Shown in pieces: positions 56,119-64,000 of a stretch of 64,000 nt of DNA (position 1 is the first letter of the stretch; the number at the start of each line of letters is the position of its first letter). The notes below the pieces were generated by a model that saw nothing but the letters and a program-made list of their open reading frames with translations, was not told the origin of the DNA and made no database searches. The DNA lies in contig OW569377.1 of assembly GCA_937625935.1 (NCBI GenBank), positions 186,001 to 250,000 on the forward strand, given 5' to 3'. The stretch comes from Tetramitus jugosus. Lineage: Eukaryota; Protista; Heterolobosea. Position numbers and translations under genes: made by a program.

Positions 56119-58398
56119 ATGAGAGAAAACAGTACGGTAGCAGTGTTCGGATCTGCTTCTTCTGCGCGATACCTCACATGTGTTCCCTCTTCCTGTGGTA
56201 GTCATCCAACAGTAGATGTGCCCATTGGTAACTGCATGACCCGATGGCAGTACAATCAAGAAACAAGGCAATGGACTCGGTTGTTCCTGAAACCTCTCTT
56301 GGAATCGGTTATTACGTTTGCAAAGAAAATTTCTTATCAAAGTGATGATGATGATAAGAATGATAAGATGAGTAATGATGATGGTGAAGAGAGAAGTAGT
56401 TGTCGAGAGTTGTTTGTTGCTTGTTCCTATGATGGTGAAATAGTGTGCTGTGATTGTGAGTGGAACGCTGTGAGTAATAAGCTCGTGATACCTGATGGAG
56501 AAAAATTGAGTCATGCTGCGGTGGCGAGAGATGGACGCTCGTTGATTGTTACATGTGGTGGAAGTGCGCCTTATGAGAGTGAATATGATCGATCAATGAT
56601 TGGTGTTATTGCCATTGAACATTTGCACAATATGAGATGCGGAGGTGAAGATGGCGATGCGCGTGAATCATCAGTCGAGTTTCAATTAAAGTTGGAGTAT
56701 CGATTGACGGGTCAATTTGAGTTTGCAGAGTTTGTACACGAGAGTAATCAATATATTTATGTTGTGTGTCATACGAGTCAAAATGGTGTTTGGAGTCAAT
56801 TGTATGAGAGAGTCCCTGTGGGGGAGTCTGGGCATGTCGAATATGCAATGATTCAACGTGTTGGACTGAATGAGAGAGGACCAGGGGTAGCAATGGTTCA
56901 ACCAAATGAGGATAATTCAATGGCAGCGATAGCATTTTCTGATCGAAGTGTATCCATTGTAGATATGAAGAGAATGGATGTGATCTCTCATTTCCAGTGT
57001 CTTGGTTCGAGTGCTATTCGATGTCTCATATTTGAAAACAATTGTATATACACGAAATCGCAGGCAAGAACCCTTGATGAGTGGAAAATTGACTACAACA
57101 GCAAAACCGTGAGCTTACTTCGGAGTTATAATACCGCATTCTCAACTGTGTACATGTTTTGTTGGGATGATGAGAGGAAGGACAAGATGTGGTTAATGAC
57201 AGATCATTCATTGCATTTATATGATACAGTCACTCAAAAGGATGAAAGCGTGTCTTTTCATTCGTTGACATGTTGTGGTATCGACTTCTCACCTGATGGA
57301 AAGTATTTGGTGACAGGAGATTTTTGTGGAAACGTATTTGTGTGGGACATGACCTCCCATCCGCATCAAATCTATGAGTTTAGTCAGAGTACCAACGTAT
57401 TCATGTCTGTTCGAGCATTGAAATGCAAGTGGTCAAGAACGGGGGATGATCAAAGAGTATGGCTCGATGTTTTTGTTGGTACAATGGATGGTAATGTGTT
57501 TTGTTGGAAGGTAAATCTCATGAATCCAGATGAAACACAAGAGCCAGAGCGAATTTTTGCACTCCAGGACTCGATTACTTGTTTGGAGCTTCAACACGGA
57601 GATGATCCAAGTTTATTAGCTGTAGGCACGTCAGATGGAATGTTGTGTGTGATGGAGAGGCCTCGACCTGGTGAAGGATCACTCATGAGAATTAAACTAG
57701 CCATTGTTGCCCATAGACCAATCACAGACAATACAGACCTGAGATTCGGAAGTATCAACAAGTACTCCGAGGTTTGGTCTGTTAGCTGGTCTCCTTGCAA
57801 CAATTACATTGTGACAGCATCCGAGGATCAGACCTGTTCGATATGGAATTTGTACGGAGAAAAGATGCATAGTCTAACAGGTCATACCACAGCTGTGACT
57901 GCCGTAGAGTGGCGAAAGATCCCTTCGTTAGGAGAGGTGCTCATTACCATTGCAGATGATAGGAATGTGATGGTATGGAGATTAAATACACCTCAGAATA
58001 TTCATTATCACCACCATCAACAAATCGCATCTCGTCGACCAGACCATTCTGATCAAGAAGGCAGTACAAGCAAGTACATTGATAAGAAAAATAAGTGGGG
58101 CTTGTATCACATCTTCACCACAGAGGGTTTTGGTCTGGATTGGCACACATTAACTTACATGTGTGTTGAAAGATCAAAGAACGATAGAATCGCGGTAGCC
58201 ACTCAAAATGGCTACGTGTTCGTGTGGGATATCAAAACCAAACAACTCGTGAGTCGGTACAAGAGACACAATGCGTCTATCGAGGGTATGGCTTGGAGTG
58301 ATGATGAAGAAAATAACTATCTTGCCACTTGTAGTTCGGATTGTACAATCAACGTTTATTGCATGTTAGCAGAGGCCACCGTGTACAGAAATAAATAA
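56119..58398 (+). CDS. WD40-repeat protein
   Basis: Several GH/WD-type repeats (FSPDGKYLVTGD..VWD, VTASEDQTCSIWN, LTGHTTAVT). Confidence 0.88.
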   Translation: MRENSTVAVFGSASSARYLTCVPSSCGSHPTVDVPIGNCMTRWQYNQETRQWTRLFLKPLLESVITFAKKISYQSDDDDKNDKMSNDDGEERSSCRELFVACSYDGEIVCCDCEWNAVSNKLVIPDGEKLSHAAVARDGRSLIVTCGGSAPYESEYDRSMIGVIAIEHLHNMRCGGEDGDARESSVEFQLKLEYRLTGQFEFAEFVHESNQYIYVVCHTSQNGVWSQLYERVPVGESGHVEYAMIQRVGLNERGPGVAMVQPNEDNSMAAIAFSDRSVSIVDMKRMDVISHFQCLGSSAIRCLIFENNCIYTKSQARTLDEWKIDYNSKTVSLLRSYNTAFSTVYMFCWDDERKDKMWLMTDHSLHLYDTVTQKDESVSFHSLTCCGIDFSPDGKYLVTGDFCGNVFVWDMTSHPHQIYEFSQSTNVFMSVRALKCKWSRTGDDQRVWLDVFVGTMDGNVFCWKVNLMNPDETQEPERIFALQDSITCLELQHGDDPSLLAVGTSDGMLCVMERPRPGEGSLMRIKLAIVAHRPITDNTDLRFGSINKYSEVWSVSWSPCNNYIVTASEDQTCSIWNLYGEKMHSLTGHTTAVTAVEWRKIPSLGEVLITIADDRNVMVWRLNTPQNIHYHHHQQIASRRPDHSDQEGSTSKYIDKKNKWGLYHIFTTEGFGLDWHTLTYMCVERSKNDRIAVATQNGYVFVWDIKTKQLVSRYKRHNASIEGMAWSDDEENNYLATCSSDCTINVYCMLAEATVYRNK

Positions 58399-58426
58399 GT
58401 TATTGGTGACTACATTGAATGATTGT

Positions 58427-60196
58427 TCACTCAGCGTCATCCTCCATTTCATCTCCTTCTTCATCGTCATACTCGGTTGCCTTCTTTGCATTGGATCTCG
58501 CTTTTCTCTTCTTTCTGTGCTTGAATTCGATTCTAGGTCTCTCTTTCAAATAGTTCAGGTACTTAACAGTGTACAATTTGATAAATCTTTTGGATTCTTC
58601 GCCATTCTTCTCTTTCCGGTACGCAAACTGATGCTTATTGATTGATGAACAAATTTGATTCAATTCTTCAAAGTAGGACTCATCCAACTCAATAAAGGCA
58701 TCTTCTCCACACTGTCTCTTGTATCGATCTGTTCGGTTCTTGTGATCAGGATCCTTCAACTCTGCTGCAATTACGAGATCCTTTCGTGTCAAGTATTGCT
58801 CTCCGTTCCATGGTATCACTGTCACTGTGCCATTGTCTGCTGAATCCGCACCATCAGTCGTCTTTTGTTTCTTTTGTCTACCCGCAGTACCACTACTGCC
58901 ACTACCACCACCGCCTCTCTTTCTCTTGCCTTTGCCTCTAGCGGATGATGAGCTTCCAGATCCACCAGTACTCGATCGACCACCAAATGGCTTATAATCA
59001 TCTGCACTGTCATCCTCCTCTTCAAACTGATAGTCTTCTGCGTCATAGTCCTCTGCTTCATCATAGTACGAGTCTCCACTTGCTCCTTCGTACTCGACTT
59101 CATACTCTACTGGAGTTTGTTCTTCTTCTTGGTTGCTATTGCTGCGGTGATGATGATGATGATGATGATGTGACAGCTTGATCAATGCATAGGAATCATG
59201 ATGAGATTCAATGTACTTTTCAAGGTCAGCGCCATCTACATCAGCCAGATGCGATACATCAATGTCAATCAGTGAAGTAATTGGTATTGTATCCATGTGT
59301 TGCTCGTCTGCTTCTTGATAGTGTTCTTGTTCGGGTGCCTCTGATGATGGAAAGCTATTGTACAAGTGCGATTTTGTGGGTTGTTGATCTAAATCTTGTT
59401 TTGGTCATGTTAGTATGAATGATGTGTGTGATTTTGTACATGATGAGCGAAGAAGTTGTTGTTGTTGCATACCTGTTGTTGTTACTGTTGTTGTTGCTAA
59501 TGACAACTGTTCTTCCAATGGTGATGATGATTTCTTTGCTAATAATGATGATGATGATGATGACGCTGGTAGTGCAGTATGACTACCATTGGTATGATAA
59601 TGATCAACATCATCAGTAGTAGTCGCTGTGATAGTGTCATTATCATCTGTTGCTTGATTCAAATCAAGTGATGATACACGTTGTCCTTGCTCTTGTAATT
59701 GTTGTTGTTGTGGTTGTTGTTCATTAGATTCCTCTTGTTGATTGGAGTTGACTTGCAATTGTTGTTGTTGTTGTGATGATGATGATGGTGGTGGTGGTGG
59801 TGGTGGAACAATAGAAATGAAATCATTGAATCGTAGTTGTAGCTCTGATGCATCTTGAGAAATGGTGTTTTTGTAAGTGTGATGATGCTGATGATGATGG
59901 TTGTGAGTGTGATTGAGCATCAATTGATTTCTTTCCATCTCTTCAAGAATGGGTAATGTGATCTCAATGCTCCGAATCGATGCTTGAACGTGCTTGAGGT
60001 GTGTCGTATGTCTCACCAAGTCTTTTTCAAGTGAATAGAGACGTGATTGTAACAATTTGGTTCCTTTGGCGACATTGGCTTGAATAGATGGAGGATATGG
60101 TGGTGATGTTGTTGATGATCTGGATGATGATGATGAAGATGATGGAGCTCTACTCATGGAAGTTGCCATGCTGTTTTGTTGTTGTTCTTGGCTCAT
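58427..60196 (-). CDS. Putative nuclear protein joining ORFs 59405-60196 and 58427-59365 through intron 59389-59439
   Basis: A 51-nt GTACAA..CTAAC..TTTAG intron splices in frame. Coiled coil, poly-Q/H, acidic tract, NLS and a compact C-terminal domain. Confidence 0.72.
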
Positions 60197-60365
60197 TTTT
60201 TCTTCGATTTTATTGTGTGGTCGCGCGAAATTGGCGGCAAAAGATTTATGTTATGGTAGGGGAAATTAGTTACCGCCGAACCTACGAATCTTCCAAGCTA
60301 CTGAAGTACTCCACCACACACAAACGACAAATCTTAACGAAAATAAAAGCATTGAGAACAAAGAA

Positions 60366-61111
60366 ATGGCTGAGAGTATGGAAAATTTGAAGTGCGTGGT
60401 TGTGGGAGATGGAGCTGTGGGTAAAACATGTAAGTACACTGTCCTTTTTCTTACGTGGAAGGTTACAATTTTATTAACGATACTTATTGGTTCAAAACCA
60501 GGTATGCTCATCTCTTATTCAAACAACCAATTCCCAGAAGAATATATTCCAACAGTGTTTGATAACTACAACGCTGCAGTTCTGTTCAATAACCAACATG
60601 TGACTCTTGGTCTGTGGGATACTGCTGGTCAAGAAGATTACGATCGATTGAGACCTTTGAGCTATCCAGACACGCAAGTGTTTTTGATTTGTTTCTCCCT
60701 CATCAATCCCATTTCTTATGAAAACGTGAGGGCCAAGTGGAGTAAAGAAGTGAAACGGTACACTCAAAATGTTCCTATTATCTTGGTGGGAACAAAGTTG
60801 GACATGAGAGAAGACCCAGAGATTGCAAAGAGATTGGGTGCTCAGAGCTTAAGCCCTATCACTTTTGAACAAGGACTGGCACTAGCAAAGGAGATAGGAG
60901 CCTATTCATATGCAGAGTGTTCAGCAAAGACACAAAAGGGATTAACAAAAGTGTTTAATGATGCAATTGAAGGTATGTTAGGATTCTGTATCTTTTATTG
61001 ATTTGTAATTCGAAACTAAACTCAATCTTTGTGTTTCTAGCTGTTCTCTGCCCAAAGGCTCCTGATGGTCCAAAATCATCAAAGAAGGATGCGTGTTGCA
61101 CAATGCAGTAA
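60366..61111 (+). CDS. Rac/Rho-family small GTPase; introns 60430-60501 and 60973-61040
   Basis: [40 protein letters not shown]; C-terminal CAAX (CTMQ). Confidence 0.95.
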
Positions 61112-61169
61112 GGGATCGAGCCTCAGACTCGATTGCTTTTAGTGTACTCATCTTTGGAGCATAATATAA

Positions 61170-62757
61170 CTTCAATATTGGATCATTCTAATGAAACTAC
61201 GGTTGAGAATCTGTCTAAAACACCAGTATCGTCAATCATTTCACATACATACCTCAACGAGTGGTAATAAACCTGCTTTGACCATTCCTGGAGTTAATCT
61301 GTTTTCTTGAAGTAGATTCTTAATTACAGACCTGAATCCTTCTTCTGAAAAGGACAGAGATCGCATTACTGATTCTTTCTTTCCAATCAATGGATCGACC
61401 AGATAATATTGAAGGTGATCTGCCATAAAATGCTTTGAATGAAGTCAGTGAGAATGTATGATAGATCGTACGATCATCAAAGTATACATACAATATTTTG
61501 GGTCGTGCTGCTTAATTGTGTGGACATTGCAAGGAGTAAATCAACTGCAGCTCGTTTCACTTTTGGGTGGACTGTCTGCTGGGTATCATCATATAGTGGT
61601 ATCAACGCACGTGTAAGTTTTGATAGATCCTCATCTGGTTCCAACAGCAATGCTATAAATCGCTTGACACATTCAGTAGAGATTAAATGATCACAAGATT
61701 CATCTATCCATTCGATTATGGTTCGAAGTATGAAGTACTGGATGTGACAAAGTTCAGATCTGTCGAGATTTGTTAACAATATGGACACAATACTATCAGC
61801 ATATTGAACAAGTACCTTTTGGTACTCTAGACTCTGACTTGCAATATATACAAACTGTAGACACTCTATGTGGATATCGATATCTTCTTTAGAATTAGGA
61901 GATGTTCCCAGAGTATTGATTACTAGCGTTATTACGCCATTATTCCCAATGGGTTCTGGTGCTGTACTTCCTATCCTCTCAGTCGAGGTTAACAGTACTA
62001 TGTGAACAAGCTTCCTTCTGGAGAGACTTGACATTTCCTTCTTCTCTAATAGTGATGAAATACGTGACCATATTCTATCTTCGTTGTGAAACAATAAGTT
62101 CCGAACCACATTCGAACACTCGACACATTTTTCAAGTACATCCAAGCAGTAATCGAGTATTATTACATCTTCAGTATCGTCACCTTTGCTCAAGTTTTTC
62201 ACCAGAGGTTGCAATAGAGAGCGTACCCAAGTTCTTTCCTGTGAGTCCACACCTGGTAAGCTTTGGATCACCTGTATCGTAAGATCGGCAATCGGATCAA
62301 ACATTGGATTTTCACAATTGTTCAACAACTCTCCCCGCAATGATGGTGTTTCTAGCATTGACCAGCATCCATCCAAGCAAGGCAACAAAATTCTAAAGAA
62401 TAGCGACTTCTCCAAGGCATCCTCACTCATGAATTGAGCAATGTCTGCCACATTCTTTTCCAAAATGGCAGACAATGTTTGACACAATGCACAACACACT
62501 CTCAACCCCAGGGATCCCTTATTAGCCAACATGACAATATTCTCCAACCAGATCAAAGTTCTCATAAATAATTTTTTCCATTGGTGCCTATCATCGCGAG
62601 ACATTCCATGATCCGGACTGTGCACTTGGTAAATCTTAATATTCAGTATACGAATCATGGAAGGCAGCAGTTGGGCTGTCGTCATATTCTGACTGCACTG
62701 TTCAACAACATCTTCAATCTCATCGAAACAATTTCTAATCTCTGTCGATATCATCAC
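61170..62757 (-). CDS. Helical/ARM-repeat-like hypothetical protein; 3' exons approximate
   Basis: 426-aa Leu-rich helical ORF that splices (GTATGT donor) into the 61241-61426 ORF. Last exon uncertain. Confidence 0.6.
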
Positions 62758-63120
62758 TGGATGCTATTTGCTTTGTTTTTTTGGTTGTTTTATTTCAGAT
62801 GGACGGATCTCTTTCAAGTACTCTGGCTCGAGGGTATTCAAATGCAGAAGAATAGCTTCCAAATAACTGGAGAATTCAACTCAGAGAGCCTTGAACTTTT
62901 GTGAAACCGAGGCCGAGTACATATCACTGGACAACATCCTCCAAAATGATGGGTGGGGCATTATTCAACGCCAACAGGTATCATTTGTTAATCAAGGAAA
63001 ACAAGAGGATAACAGGTACTCGGTTCAGTTTCGAATCATTCAACATTCATCAGAAATCGGATTGATAAGTATGTACAGGATAGTTCGTATCGTATGTACG
63101 TGTCTGACCTAGAAATGAAT

Positions 63121-64000
63121 TTATTTTGCATAGCTGATTCTCCTCTTCTTGCTCTTGTTGTGATTGCTCTTGCTAGAGGAGGTTTTGGACCGGCATTCCG
63201 TGCAGTACCATTTACCTTTGGGGATGGATTTACGCGGCGGGTCGTCGCACTTGCAATGACATGCATTGGAGCATGTTTCACAACACATGAGAAGACCACC
63301 CTTTCCGCACTTCATGCAATCGTCATCATTCTCCTTCTCACTTTCTTCCAGTGTTCCAATAAATCCACAGCACTTGGAGGAACCACAGTTGCATCGTTGG
63401 ACAACACCTGCATCATAACATTCAAAATTGTAATTGTATGTCAATTCTTCTCCAATTTCGATATCTCTCTTTGCAAATATCCCAACTCTGCCCTCTCCGT
63501 TCACTTCCCATAGCTCACAAAAACAATTTGGAGAGCATGAATGATTGAAAAAGCGACCAAAGTTGCCTTTCTGACTCGCATCAATAATGACACTCGATGT
63601 TAATGACATGCTGTAGAAACTCGTTTTGCTCTTCTTGTTTCGATGTCGCGTTTCAAACTCTCGCACACTGATTACCTCTCCACAATACTCTGTAATAAAT
63701 GTGCCCTTCTTTATGTGCTCATCTGCTTTTACACCTTGGCCTCGATTCTCAGTCTGAAAAATGTACATGGCAGGATAGATCATTTGCGAAAAGTTTTGAT
63801 TGAAGCAATTGGAACCCCTGGCACAAGACTTGTGACATTCGATTCTCGATTGTCGATTGATACAGTTGATACCACACTGAGACGCACAATTACACTCATT
63901 AGGAATATCGTTGCCTAGATCCATGAATTTTGTTGCGGATGAATGAATGAGATTGGATTGAATAAACATGAATCCTTCTGGGACAGAACCTGATTCAAAG
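63121..64000 (-). CDS. ASH1/NSD/SET2-type histone methyltransferase (AWS-SET-postSET-PHD); frame is open to the window edge
   Basis: CINRQSRIEC, EYCGEVI, GNFGRFFNHSCSPN, ELTYNY, CNCGSSKC; PHD finger CMKCGKGGLLMCCETC..H..C..WYCTEC. Confidence 0.9.
   Translation of the reverse strand, partial: FESGSVPEGFMFIQSNLIHSSATKFMDLGNDIPNECNCASQCGINCINRQSRIECHKSCARGSNCFNQNFSQMIYPAMYIFQTENRGQGVKADEHIKKGTFITEYCGEVISVREFETRHRNKKSKTSFYSMSLTSSVIIDASQKGNFGRFFNHSCSPNCFCELWEVNGEGRVGIFAKRDIEIGEELTYNYNFECYDAGVVQRCNCGSSKCCGFIGTLEESEKENDDDCMKCGKGGLLMCCETCSNACHCKCDDPPRKSIPKGKWYCTECRSKTSSSKSNHNKSKKRRISYAK

Noticed and set aside
60430-60501. Apparent 24-aa insertion after the P-loop of the Rac GTPase
   Set aside because: It is a stop-free 72-nt GTAAGT..CAG intron; splicing restores GKTCMLISY.
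24322-64000. Apparent cluster of chromatin genes (SAP protein, H3K9 methyltransferase, CHD, ASH1-like) near the transposons
   Set aside because: They are spread over 40 kb among unrelated genes. Nothing suggests more than chance.

Overview
Gene-dense eukaryotic nuclear DNA with short GT-AG introns, the standard genetic code and many poly-Q/N/T/D tracts. It is probably from a free-living protist; that is inference and the taxon cannot be fixed from the sequence. About 25 ordinary protein genes are present, including kinesin, xanthine dehydrogenase, a front-end desaturase, SYF1, EFR3, V-ATPase F, two SET methyltransferases, a CHD remodeler, DnaJ and a Rac GTPase. There are two intron-containing tRNA genes, Leu-TAG and Cys-GCA. 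The main finding is a tRNA-gene-targeting non-LTR retrotransposon system. Both tRNA genes carry stacked insertions of one L1/Tx1-like family just upstream, and every copy has its 5' end facing the tRNA. At tRNA-Cys there are two young insertions with perfect 16-bp target-site duplications (TSDs) and poly(A) tails. One is a 5'-truncated ORF2 copy. The other is a 1.33-kb element encoding only an intact RRM-RRM-coiled-coil ORF1-like protein. Three copies share a structured 3' end. At tRNA-Leu there are three older, decayed copies. The window also has a TTAA-flanked piggyBac-like transposon. Its transposase gene has an intron, an N-terminal CXC-like domain, and a -1 frame break whose overlap contains an A_AAT_TTA slippery heptamer.
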